Source of the DNA: Parcubacteria group bacterium LiPW_15
GTDB lineage: Bacteria > Patescibacteriota > Minisyncoccia > UBA6257 > 2-01-FULL-56-20
Direction of reading: 5' to 3'
Assembly: GCA_007375645.1 (NCBI GenBank)
Contig: VMER01000001.1
Span: 209,211 to 273,210 of the forward strand
DNA: 64,000 bases
The notes beneath the pieces were generated by a model. That model saw nothing but the letters and a program-made list of their open reading frames with translations. It ran no database searches and had not been told where the DNA came from. Each line of letters opens with the position of its first letter. The stretch's first letter is position 1. The position numbers and the translations under genes were made by a program. Below are positions 38,624 to 47,613 of the stretch, piece by piece.

Positions 38624-39326
38624 ACCTCAAATATTTATCCCAATATCCGTAAAGCGCGCTTGTGGCTTTTAAATCGCCAACGTTATACCTCGCAATATCA
38701 ATATATTTCTTTTCTTTAAATAATCGACTAACGTCATCCCCCGTCACTCCATCCTCCTTTGGGCTCTTTATTCCGAAAGCCCTGCTCCACAAATGAAGTC
38801 CGCCCTTCCTGCGCGTTGCTCCGTAAAAAGTCAGCTGGTCAAAGAGATCAATATGCCGAACTCCCCTTTGCTGATACAGATATCTTCCTTCCATCAGATC
38901 CACGCTCGGCCGGATCTTATATATCGCCGACCGCACGGCCAAAAACGGCGCGTCAAACATTCGCCCGTTGAAAGTTATAAACTCATCGTATTCTTTCGCT
39001 CCATCCCAAAAATTTTTGAGCATTTCTTTTTCGCTCATCGGCCGAAATCTTATTCCGTCCTCGGTAAATTCTTTAGCCTCCACATCCGGCGATTGAAAAT
39101 ATACTGCGCCCTGCTCTTTGTCCGGATCATAAACCCCGATGACCACTATTTCTCCGGTCAAAGGAGAAAAGCCCATACCGCCCTTCAGTTCTTCAAGTGC
39201 TGTTTCATATTCTTCGGTGCTGTCCGAATCCTTTTTTATCCAGCGCGTCAAAACATCCTGGGTCGCGTGATCCAGGGCGTTAAAATCTTCTCCGACCGTC
39301 TCGATGTCAAAAACAAGTCTCGGCAT
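38622..39326 (-). CDS. RNase H-like 3'-5' exonuclease (DnaQ/PolB-exo-like, DEDD)
   Basis: LVFDIETVG (Exo I motif DxE), downstream YNVGD..H motifs; 234 aa. Confidence 0.68.
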   Translation of the reverse strand: MPRLVFDIETVGEDFNALDHATQDVLTRWIKKDSDSTEEYETALEELKGGMGFSPLTGEIVVIGVYDPDKEQGAVYFQSPDVEAKEFTEDGIRFRPMSEKEMLKNFWDGAKEYDEFITFNGRMFDAPFLAVRSAIYKIRPSVDLMEGRYLYQQRGVRHIDLFDQLTFYGATRRKGGLHLWSRAFGIKSPKEDGVTGDDVSRLFKEKKYIDIARYNVGDLKATSALYGYWDKYLR

Positions 39327-39364
39327 TAGTTTAATTATATAACAAAAACATCGTCTCCCGTATT

Positions 39365-40396
39365 CTATTTAATTAGCATTCCGTCCCCGAAAGAAAATAA
39401 CCTGAATTTTTTCTCTATCGCCAACCGGTAGAGTTCAAAAAGTTTTTTATGACCGAGAAGCGCAGAGACAAGCATAAGCAAGCTGGACCTCGGCACATGA
39501 AAGTTGGTTATCAACCCATCAGAAAATTTTAATCTGTCCCCTTCCTTAATAAATAATTCCGTTTCTCCGAAAAGCTTTTTCAGTTTTCCGCCGACAGAAG
39601 CGGATTCCAAAGTTCGAAGCGCCGTTGTACCCACCGGAATTATCCGTTTTCCATTCTTTTTGGCATCATTAAGCGCCGAAGCGGCTTTCGGACTTATTTC
39701 ATAATATTCCTCATGTAGCTTTCCGGTTTTAAGATTCTCTTCCGTAAGCGGCGCGAAAGTTCCCAAGCCCACATGCAAAGTCACATAAACTATTTTTACT
39801 CCCTCTTTTTTAAGACTATTAAGTAAGCCTTTCGTAAAATGAAGCGATGCGGTCGGCGCGGCTACTGATCCTAAAACTTTTGCGAAAACCGTCTGATATT
39901 CCTCCCGGATCTTCTTTTCCGTTAGCGGAACATTTTTTATATATGGCGGCAGCGGTGTTTCCCCGTATTTTTTGAGCACCGAGTAAATCTCCCTTGCATT
40001 GAATGACGGCCTCAATAGATATTCGCCGTCCTGAACGTCCGTTATCACAAAATATTTCCCGTCAGGCAGAAGTAGTTTTTCTCCCACCTTGAGCTTCTTC
40101 GGCGACAAGGCTTTTATATTCTTTCCGACCGTCTCCAGGTATAGGATTTTAACCACGCCGCCGGTTTCCTTTTTGAGCGGCAACCTCGCCGGCAGAACTT
40201 TCGTATCGTTTAAAACAAGAACCGAACCGACGGGCAAATATTTCCCAAGGTTTTTAAAGGTATCAAAATTAACCGCTTTCGTTTTGCGGTCATAAACCAA
40301 AAGTTTCGCCGAATCCCTGGGGTGCGCGGGTTTGTTGGCCACCGCCTCCGATGGGAATTTATAGTCATACTTTTTTAGAACACTTTCTAGGCTCAT
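39365..40396 (-). CDS. queA: S-adenosylmethionine:tRNA ribosyltransferase-isomerase
   Basis: 343 aa; QueA family similarity throughout. Confidence 0.93.
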   Translation of the reverse strand: MSLESVLKKYDYKFPSEAVANKPAHPRDSAKLLVYDRKTKAVNFDTFKNLGKYLPVGSVLVLNDTKVLPARLPLKKETGGVVKILYLETVGKNIKALSPKKLKVGEKLLLPDGKYFVITDVQDGEYLLRPSFNAREIYSVLKKYGETPLPPYIKNVPLTEKKIREEYQTVFAKVLGSVAAPTASLHFTKGLLNSLKKEGVKIVYVTLHVGLGTFAPLTEENLKTGKLHEEYYEISPKAASALNDAKKNGKRIIPVGTTALRTLESASVGGKLKKLFGETELFIKEGDRLKFSDGLITNFHVPRSSLLMLVSALLGHKKLFELYRLAIEKKFRLFSFGDGMLIK

Positions 40397-41568
40397 ATTT
40401 TCCCTTTCTTTATCTCCTCCCTTATTTTTGCCACAAAATTATTGAAGAAATAAATATTGTGGTACGTGAGGTGTCTAAGCGCGGTCACTTCCTTGGCTTT
40501 AAAAAGATGGGCAATGTAGCTCCTCGAATAATTAGCGCAAACCTCACAATCGCATTTCGGATCCAAGGGTTTTTTGTCTTTTAGATATACACTTTTTGAT
40601 ATATCCAATTTCCCGCCAGCGAACCTGTCCCTCACCAAGCCCCGCGCCGGTGAGTGGATGAACGCAGTTCCGTGCCTCGCATAGCGGGTCGGCACAATAC
40701 AGTCAAAAGTATCCACCCCGGCTCTAATAACGTTTTTTATATCTTCGAGATAACCAATACCGAGTAAATGACGAGGCTTGTTCTCGGGAAGCTCTTCAAA
40801 TGTCCATCTAAGCATATCTGTCATTGCCTTGTTGCCGTCGGTGCCGGAAAATGATCCGCCAATACCGAAACCCTCAAACGGCAAGGAGCCGATGAACTTC
40901 GCGGATTCCTGCCGCAAGTCTTTAAACTTCCCACCCTGCACTATTCCATAAAGCGCCTGCTTCTTATTCTTCTTGGCCCTTAGCGACTCCAAGGCCCAGC
41001 GATGCGTCCGTTCCAAAGATTTCTTGGTGTACTCGTGATTGGCCACGGGCGAAGTACACTCGTCAAAAGCAAAAATTATATCCGCGCCCAAAGCCTCCTG
41101 TATCTTGATGGACCTCTCGGGATTCAAAAATATCTTTCTCCCATCCAAGGGCGATGTGAATTGCACACCATCGTCGGTAATGCGCAAAAGTTTCGGTTGC
41201 TGGCCTTCTACGATCTTTGTGTCGGACTTGGCCTTCAATATCTTCCCCATTCCGTGCTCCCGCCCGAATCCCAAACTGAATACCTGGAACCCTCCGGAGT
41301 CAGTCATTAAGGGATGTTTCCAGTTCATAAATTTGTGAAGTCCGCCCATTTCTTTAACCAATTCTTCGCCTGGCTTCAAATGCAGATGAAAAGTGTTCGC
41401 TATCAAAAGCTGGGTTCCGGCTTTCGCCACCTCCTCCGAGGTCAAAGTTTTGACCGTTCCTTGAGTCGCCACGGGAACCATCGCCGGAGTTTCCACTTCT
41501 CCATGCGGCGTCTTTAAAAGCCCCAGCCGGGCCTTAGACTTTTTGGAACGTTTTAATATTTTAAATTC
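40393..41568 (-). CDS. tgt: Queuine tRNA-ribosyltransferase
   Basis: TIM-barrel Tgt motifs, zinc-binding CxCxxC...H; start chosen at MEFKILK. Confidence 0.9.
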   Translation of the reverse strand, partial: EFKILKRSKKSKARLGLLKTPHGEVETPAMVPVATQGTVKTLTSEEVAKAGTQLLIANTFHLHLKPGEELVKEMGGLHKFMNWKHPLMTDSGGFQVFSLGFGREHGMGKILKAKSDTKIVEGQQPKLLRITDDGVQFTSPLDGRKIFLNPERSIKIQEALGADIIFAFDECTSPVANHEYTKKSLERTHRWALESLRAKKNKKQALYGIVQGGKFKDLRQESAKFIGSLPFEGFGIGGSFSGTDGNKAMTDMLRWTFEELPENKPRHLLGIGYLEDIKNVIRAGVDTFDCIVPTRYARHGTAFIHSPARGLVRDRFAGGKLDISKSVYLKDKKPLDPKCDCEVCANYSRSYIAHLFKAKEVTALRHLTYHNIYFFNNFVAKIREEIKKGKI

Positions 41569-41773
41569 CATAAAAAGATTACTGCGAAATACAACATTTA
41601 ATATCGGGCATTTGGAACCAAAACACAACAGTTTACTTGAATTTAGGCCTATTTACCTTGATTTTCCACCCCATTGACAATCCTAGGATATATGTGGTAT
41701 AATGTCCGAGCAAAGTTAAGTCCATCGAAAACGGCCGAAAGGCCATAAAATCACAAAGAAAGAAGGAAAGAAA

Positions 41774-42268
41774 GTGAAAGCGAACGAGATCCAGATCCGC
41801 ATCCCCGCCCTCCCGAAGCTCTCCGAACAGGATATCTGTTCTCGCTGGGGATTCACGAACGTCCTGAAGGACGATTCTCCGGAAGGAGAGGTGATCCTCA
41901 CCCTCACGACCGTCCTCCGGGACGGCGAGAACTCCCTCTCCGACAATGAGTACGAGACCCGCATCGAGAAGGTCGAGGGAAAGCTCGGACTCAGCCAGGC
42001 CCTCTGGCTCGTCGAACATCCGCTTCCGGCGTGTGGGTTCGAAGACGATGACCGCTGGATGCTCGAGCTCTTCATCTCCCCCGACCGGTACGCGACGAAG
42101 AAGATGCACATCTACTTCCCGGCAACGGTCGCGAGGAGCCTGATCAGCAACGGCAACCCGGAAGTTCCGTCTCTGTGCATGGATAGACACAACATGCTGC
42201 TGAGCCTGAGCTGGGATGTGTACGATCTCGATCCCAGCGATCCCATCGCCATCGCCAAGCCGGCCTGA
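41774..42268 (+). CDS. Hypothetical acidic protein (164 aa, high-GC cassette)
   Basis: GTG start after GAAGGAAAG; the plus strand has protein-like composition whereas the overlapping minus ORF is Arg/Ser-rich low complexity. Confidence 0.5.
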   Translation: MKANEIQIRIPALPKLSEQDICSRWGFTNVLKDDSPEGEVILTLTTVLRDGENSLSDNEYETRIEKVEGKLGLSQALWLVEHPLPACGFEDDDRWMLELFISPDRYATKKMHIYFPATVARSLISNGNPEVPSLCMDRHNMLLSLSWDVYDLDPSDPIAIAKPA

Positions 42269-42360
42269 CCCATCTTTCTCCCTCAGCACCTTCGCCCCGT
42301 ATGAAGCAAAAACTTCGCGGGGCGTCACCAAATCGTGAAAGCTCGAAAGAAGGAGAACCA

Positions 42361-42516
42361 TATGCTCGAATTCCTGTACGTTTACGCGACGATCGGGATT
42401 GCCGCCTTTGGCGGATTCTTGGTCAAGGAGAAGCAGAACAGGACGCTCGGAGTCATCTGCCTCAGCGCCGCCAGCGCCCTGGGCGTGGTGCTCGTGGTCG
42501 CCCTCGTACAGTAGTT
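42361..42516 (+). CDS. Small hydrophobic peptide (51 aa, predicted 2 TM)
   Basis: AAGGAG RBS 7 nt upstream of ATG; MLEFLYVYATIGIAAFGGFLVKEKQNRTLGVICLSAASALGVVLVVALVQ; flanked by 23-bp direct repeats; strong terminator downstream (42540-42585). Confidence 0.38.
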
Positions 42517-42577
42517 CCTGCCCCGCCCCAGCACCTTCGCCCCGTATGAAGTTTAGAAACTTCAGCGGGGCGCTTTT

Positions 42578-42835
42578 TTATTTTAAATATCCCTCCGCTC
42601 TGAGCAGTGCCCGCTTCTCACCCAAATTTCCGTTATACCCACCAAGCTTTCCGCTCGAAAGGATTACCCTATGACAGGGCACGTTCTTGTCATGATTATT
42701 TTTCATGATCATCCCCACGGCTCTTGCCGCTCTAAAGTTCCCGGCCTTCGCCGCCACCTGCTTGTAACTCAAAACCTTTCCTCGCGGAATCTTTTTCACT
42801 ACTTCCAAAACCTTTTTTCTAAAATTGTCTTCCAT
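42578..42835 (-). CDS. MGMT-family protein (methylated-DNA-protein-cysteine methyltransferase DNA-binding/active-site domain only)
   Basis: PCHRV active-site motif; 85 aa. Confidence 0.75.
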   Translation of the reverse strand: MEDNFRKKVLEVVKKIPRGKVLSYKQVAAKAGNFRAARAVGMIMKNNHDKNVPCHRVILSSGKLGGYNGNLGEKRALLRAEGYLK

Positions 42836-42843
42836 CTGTTTTT

Positions 42844-42895
42844 TTAAATCCCGTTAGAGGTAGGAAACTTTTAGTTTCCGCAAGCTCTAACCGGG
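42844..42895. promoter_or_regulatory. About 52-bp conserved palindromic element with GAAAC-N5-GTTTC core, in the 5' region of the MGMT gene
   Basis: About 85% identical to 44214..44266; nested inverted repeats TAGAG...CTCTA around GGAAACTTTTAGTTTCC. Confidence 0.45.
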
Positions 42896-42907
42896 ACTAC
42901 TTACGAC

Positions 42908-43576
42908 CTACTGCTTACCACTCATTGATTTCGCCGCCTTCTCCGGAGTCATGGAATTTTCCCTTGTAAACTCCCCCACCCGGGTGCGTTCCAGATCGGC
43001 CAAATATGCACCTCCCACACCTAATTTTGCCCCTATATCCCTCGCTAAGCTCCTTATATAAGCCCCTGGGCCGGTTTCAACCCGAAGCGTAAGAATGGGC
43101 CATTCGTAGTCCAAAACCTCTATATCTTTGATTTCTATAGGCCTTGCTTTTAGCTCCACATTTTTGCCTTTGCGAGCCAAGGAATAGGCGGTCTGACCTC
43201 CGACTTTGAGGGCGCTATAGATCGGCGGAGTTTGCATAATAGTGCCAATAAAAGTTTTCGCTGCTTCTTCTACATTTTCGCGAGTCGGAATTTGCGTTAC
43301 ATGATGTTCTGTCTTCTCGCCTTCTTCATCATCGGTCGTGCTGGTTTTCCCCAGATAAACTTTGGCGATATATTCTTTTTCTTTCCCGACAATTTCTCCG
43401 AGTTTTTTTGTCGCTTCCCGACCGATGCCGATCACCAAAACTCCGCTCGCAAGCGGGTCCAGTGTTCCCGCGTGGCCAATCCCCTTCCTTTGCCCCAGCG
43501 CTTTTTGAATGCCCCTAATAATATCAAATGATGTCGGTCCTTTCGGTTTATATATAGAAAATATCTTATCTTGCAT
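42908..43576 (-). CDS. truB: tRNA pseudouridine(55) synthase
   Basis: TruB catalytic GHAGTLDP motif. Confidence 0.9.
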   Translation of the reverse strand: MQDKIFSIYKPKGPTSFDIIRGIQKALGQRKGIGHAGTLDPLASGVLVIGIGREATKKLGEIVGKEKEYIAKVYLGKTSTTDDEEGEKTEHHVTQIPTRENVEEAAKTFIGTIMQTPPIYSALKVGGQTAYSLARKGKNVELKARPIEIKDIEVLDYEWPILTLRVETGPGAYIRSLARDIGAKLGVGGAYLADLERTRVGEFTRENSMTPEKAAKSMSGKQ

Positions 43577-44210
43577 ATTTGGTTAAGGGACACTTCGCGT
43601 GCTCATGCACCCTAGCCGGGCAATACTGCCGGCCATAATCTATCAAACGATAATTGAAATCAAACCAGTCCTTTTTTGGAATAATTTCTTTGAGGTCCTT
43701 CTCAATTTTTTCTGGATTTTTGTTTTTCGTAAGTCCTAGTTTCTGCGACAAGCGGATAACGTGCGTATCGACTGCGATACCGACCACTATATCGTAGGCA
43801 TTCGCGAGAATCACATTCGCGCTCTTCCGGCCTATACCGGGAATCGTGAGCATCTCCTCCATAGTCTTTGGAATCTTCCCGCCAAACTTTTCTTTAACAA
43901 CCTTTGCCGCGGCCAGAATATTTTTCGCCTTGTTACGATAAAAACCGGTTGGCTTAATATCTTGTTCAAACTCCCCTGGATTTGCCCTCAAGTAGTCGCT
44001 TAACTTCGGATATTTCTTAAAAAGCGCGGGGGTCACCTCATTCACCTTTTTATCCGTGCACTGGGCGGACAGAACAACCGCGACCAACAATTGCCATGGA
44101 TCGCCAAAATCCAAAGCTATTTTTGACTTAGGCAAAAGCTTCTTAAGCGCTGCGACAATTTTCCGCGCCCTCGTCTTTCTAGTTTTTAATTCCGGATTAT
44201 CTTTATTCAT
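43566..44210 (-). CDS. nth: Endonuclease III
   Basis: HhH-GPD, catalytic Lys/Asp, C-terminal 4Fe-4S Cys cluster CPARVHEHAKCP. Confidence 0.9.
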   Translation of the reverse strand: MNKDNPELKTRKTRARKIVAALKKLLPKSKIALDFGDPWQLLVAVVLSAQCTDKKVNEVTPALFKKYPKLSDYLRANPGEFEQDIKPTGFYRNKAKNILAAAKVVKEKFGGKIPKTMEEMLTIPGIGRKSANVILANAYDIVVGIAVDTHVIRLSQKLGLTKNKNPEKIEKDLKEIIPKKDWFDFNYRLIDYGRQYCPARVHEHAKCPLTKYAR

Positions 44211-44213
44211 TTT

Positions 44214-44266
44214 TTTAATCCCGCTAGAGGTAGGAAACTTTCAGTTTCCGCGAACTCTAAGCGGAG
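44214..44266. promoter_or_regulatory. Second copy of the GAAAC-N5-GTTTC palindromic element, in the 5' region of nth
   Basis: AATCCCGCTAGAGGTAGGAAACTTTCAGTTTCCGCGAACTCTAAGCGGAGC. Confidence 0.45.
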
Positions 44267-44608
44267 CTATTTTATCCCACTTCCCGGTGTCGCTTCCCTG
44301 TCGGGACACAAAAGCGCAATTCCCGTCTCATCGCTCGCGGCCAAAAGCATTCCGTTGGATTCCTGGCCCATTAGCGCCCTGGGCTCCAAGTTGGCGACAA
44401 TAACAATTTCTTTCCCCACCAACTGTTCCGGCTCATAAAACTTGCCGATACCTCCCAATATCTGCCGGTTGACCGGGTTCCCGGCTTCGTCTTTGTCGCC
44501 GGCGGAGAGCTGCATTTTTATAAGCTTCTCCGAGCCCTCCACCCGCACGGCTTCGAGCACCTTCGCGACCCTTAATTCAATCTTTGAAAAATCGTCATAA
44601 TTTATCAT
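44267..44608 (-). CDS. tRNA-binding protein (CsaA/EMAP-like OB-fold)
   Basis: 113 aa; MetRS C-terminal-like tRNA-binding domain pattern. Confidence 0.78.
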   Translation of the reverse strand: MINYDDFSKIELRVAKVLEAVRVEGSEKLIKMQLSAGDKDEAGNPVNRQILGGIGKFYEPEQLVGKEIVIVANLEPRALMGQESNGMLLAASDETGIALLCPDREATPGSGIK

Positions 44609-44610
44609 TT

Positions 44611-45354
44611 TTATATTCTACATTGAATAATCCCGTATCTCCACTTCCCGTATTGATCTTTTTTAGGCTCAAATCTATATGCCAATTTATGGCAAATCGC
44701 AGCGATCTTTTCTTTTTCGGGAGAATCGAATTCCATCCAAATCTCCCCTCCCGGCAAAAGATGCTCCTTTGCCACCGCCAAAAACCTTTTAATAAAATAA
44801 AGCCCGTCCTTCCCGCCCCAAAGTGAAGATTTTTTCTCGTATTTTAAGACCGACGAATTCACCTTATTTTTTCGCGCCAAAGGGATATATGGCGGGTTGG
44901 CAAGAATAAAATCGTATTTGCCTTTTATGTTCTTAAATATATCCGATTCAATAACTTTTGATTTTCTGTTTTTCAGATCATTCAGCTTTAAGTTATAAAT
45001 TATTTGTTTGATAAGTTCCGGCTCATATTCGCCGAAATCCACCTTTGCGGTCCTCAAGTGTTTTAGAACGGCAATACCTATGGCCCCGGAACCGGAGAAA
45101 ATATCCAAAACTTTTGCGCTCTTTCGTTTCCCCATCTCTTTAATCGCAAGCTCCGCCCAATACTCCGTTTCCGGCCTGGGTATCAGAGGTTTGTAACGCA
45201 GATCTATCACGCATTTCAAAAACGGCGCCCAGCCGATAACAAAATCCAACGGCTCCCCTTTTTCGATCCGCACCGCGTCTTTTATAAATTCTTTTTGCCA
45301 GTCCCCCTTATATTTGTCCCGCAGAAGAAATTGTAAATCCCGTTTTGCGCTCAT
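44611..45354 (-). CDS. prmC: Release factor glutamine methyltransferase PrmC/HemK
   Basis: SAM-binding DIFSGSG, catalytic ANPPY. Confidence 0.85.
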   Translation of the reverse strand: MSAKRDLQFLLRDKYKGDWQKEFIKDAVRIEKGEPLDFVIGWAPFLKCVIDLRYKPLIPRPETEYWAELAIKEMGKRKSAKVLDIFSGSGAIGIAVLKHLRTAKVDFGEYEPELIKQIIYNLKLNDLKNRKSKVIESDIFKNIKGKYDFILANPPYIPLARKNKVNSSVLKYEKKSSLWGGKDGLYFIKRFLAVAKEHLLPGGEIWMEFDSPEKEKIAAICHKLAYRFEPKKDQYGKWRYGIIQCRI

Positions 45355-45887
45355 CCTTTTAGCTCGATCTTTTTTAAAATTTCGTATTCCGCCCCGGAGT
45401 GATGTAGTTTGGATTCGTAAAGCACCACGAAGTTAACTTCCATTTCCCAATCAACATTCTCGTCCAGTTCCTTTGTGGGCATTTTCCCAAAATCTTCTTC
45501 CTTAAATCTGGCGATGGTGAGATGCGGACTATACGGCCGAACTTCCGGCTTCTGTCCAAAAACCGCTTCTGCCACGGCCTTAAGACGGAGCATTCCTTCC
45601 TTATCGTAGTCCTCACCCATAGTCCAAATAAGCCGAGGCCGTTTCGAACTGGTTCCGAAAGTAATTTTTTTGAACTTAATATTAAAAGGCTTCACGGCGG
45701 TCGCTATGTCGTCCAATTGGCCGACCGCACAATCCGAATTCTCTGCATACCATGGCGGCACGAGAGTTATATGTAGGCCCGTTCCCGAAACAAAACGCAG
45801 CGGCCAGTCTTTATGACTTTCCGCCCATTTGCCGATTTTTTCCCTTAACTCTTCCGAAATGGGAATGCCAACAAAAACCCTTATCAT
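45351..45887 (-). CDS. thpR: RNA 2',3'-cyclic phosphodiesterase (LigT/ThpR, 2H family)
   Basis: Two H-x-T-x motifs (HITL, HLTI). Confidence 0.8.
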   Translation of the reverse strand: MIRVFVGIPISEELREKIGKWAESHKDWPLRFVSGTGLHITLVPPWYAENSDCAVGQLDDIATAVKPFNIKFKKITFGTSSKRPRLIWTMGEDYDKEGMLRLKAVAEAVFGQKPEVRPYSPHLTIARFKEEDFGKMPTKELDENVDWEMEVNFVVLYESKLHHSGAEYEILKKIELKG

Positions 45888-46088
45888 CTAAAGACCAAGC
45901 TTAAGGATGTAGGCGGCTAGGAACCAAAATATGCTCGCTAGAATTACCCCGGCAATAAATCCTGAGAGAGACGAAGCCAAAAGCTTTCCCAATTTAAACC
46001 GGAATGACCTTTTTTCGTGGGAGACAAAATCGTCCACGACCCCATCATTTTTATCCATACAGTCATAATACCATATACGCGCTGTCTT

Positions 46089-46798
46089 CTATTGCCGCCC
46101 GAGATTAAAGATTATTTCGTGCGTCGCGGTTATTGCCGCTGTTTCCGCCCTGAGGGTAAGGGTTCCAAGCCCCGCAAGAGTGAATTTTGCCGCCTTCGCG
46201 GACTCAACCTCAAAGTCATCAAAGCCTCCCTCCGGACCGATAAAAATGCCGATTTTTTTATCCTTATAATCGGGTTTTAATTCCAAGGATTTCCCGCCTA
46301 GGGTGAAAAAAAGTTAACGTCATTCTCCTTTGCTTCGGCCACGGCTTTCTTGAATTCCAATTCTTCGCCCAGGATCGGCAAAACACTCCTTCCGGATTGT
46401 TCCGCGGCCTCTTTCATTATTTTCTCCAGCCTCTCCCTTTTAAGGCCGAATTTGACCGTCCTCCTGGTTACAACCGGCACAATTTTCGAAACACCTATCT
46501 CCACGCATTTTTGAACGGCCAGATCGAAATTCTCTTTTTTTAAGATGGAAAGATAGAGCGTGGTTTTTACCGTCGGATCGCCCATTCCCGCCCGGCCCTC
46601 CAAAATGGAGACCTCCACGGCATCTTTATCGTAAGAAACTATTTCCGCGTCTGCTTCCCTTCCCTGCCCGTCGCTCAAAATTATCTTTTCTCCCGGCTCA
46701 AGGCGCAAAACGCCGCTCACTTGTTTTACAAGTTCTTTGTCCGCTATCCAAAATCTTTTCTCCCCCAAAGGAAAGTTGCCGATAAATCTATGTGCCAT
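46089..46798 (-). pseudogene. rsmE: 16S rRNA (uracil1498-N3)-methyltransferase RsmE interrupted by a single-nucleotide frameshift in a homopolymer
   Basis: ORFs 46298..46798 and 46089..46286 together equal full-length RsmE; they are in different frames and meet at an A7/T7 run (46306-46312); the downstream ORF's frame, read just upstream of its TTG start, gives ...TLGGKS... contiguous with the GPEGGF motif. Confidence 0.7.
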
Positions 46799-46839
46799 AA
46801 ATTAGTAAATAGTAGTTAGTGAATAGTAGATAGAAAAAA

Positions 46840-47613
46840 TTAAAACTTTTTTACACACACATACAGAAATAGCGGAATCTCTTTGCGAGCCTTATTTTCG
46901 GCTTTTGCACGAGGCCCGGGTTGGCTCACCTTGCCCGAATTCCATTCCTCAAGCTTGGTAACGGCGAGTCTAAGCTTTGAAAATATCTTGAAGTAATACT
47001 GCAACGGCCGATGAAACGAAACGGTAAACAAGTCTGGCGCATCGCCGGGGTGCATCTGTATTTTATTTTTTGATTCCGAAAGGTATTCGTCGATCCGCCT
47101 ATACTGAATTTTGTTTTCGTCATCGTATCCCCAGGAGGTTACCTTCGGGTTACGAAAAACCGGATGATTCATAACCAGATGAAGGCTGCCGCCGACCTTC
47201 AATATCCTGGCACATTCACTCAAGACTTTATCCACGCTCTCAATGTTCTGCAAAGCAAGCACAATGACAATCTTATTTATGCTAGCGTTTTTTATAAAAG
47301 GTAAAGATTCGGCGTTGGAAACCTGAAATTCCCCTTCCGGGGCTGATTCCCTAGCAACACCGATCAACTCAGAAGATATATCTATCCCTAGAACTTTCGC
47401 GCCTGCTTTGATAAATTCCTTGCTGAAAAACCCCGGCCCGCAAGCCAGGTCCAAAATCTTATCTCCGCGCTTAATATCCATGAGCCGCAAAAGATTCGGG
47501 AGTATGACCTCTTTTTGATAAGTCCCCTCCCCGGAAAGGAGTTTCTCATACCACTTGGCCACCCCGCCCCAAGAAGTCTTATTTCTTTCTTCCATCTTTT
47601 TTAATTTTAGCAT
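46840..47613 (-). CDS. Class I SAM-dependent methyltransferase
   Basis: LDLACGPG SAM motif I; start may be the internal MEERNK (47595), which would give a small overlap with uvrB. Confidence 0.8.
   Translation of the reverse strand: MLKLKKMEERNKTSWGGVAKWYEKLLSGEGTYQKEVILPNLLRLMDIKRGDKILDLACGPGFFSKEFIKAGAKVLGIDISSELIGVARESAPEGEFQVSNAESLPFIKNASINKIVIVLALQNIESVDKVLSECARILKVGGSLHLVMNHPVFRNPKVTSWGYDDENKIQYRRIDEYLSESKNKIQMHPGDAPDLFTVSFHRPLQYYFKIFSKLRLAVTKLEEWNSGKVSQPGPRAKAENKARKEIPLFLYVCVKKF

Noticed and set aside
41633-42361. 242-aa minus-strand ORF overlapping 41774..42268
   Set aside because: The plus-strand ORF has an RBS and GTG start, acidic globular composition and a downstream terminator; the minus-strand translation is Arg/Ser-rich.
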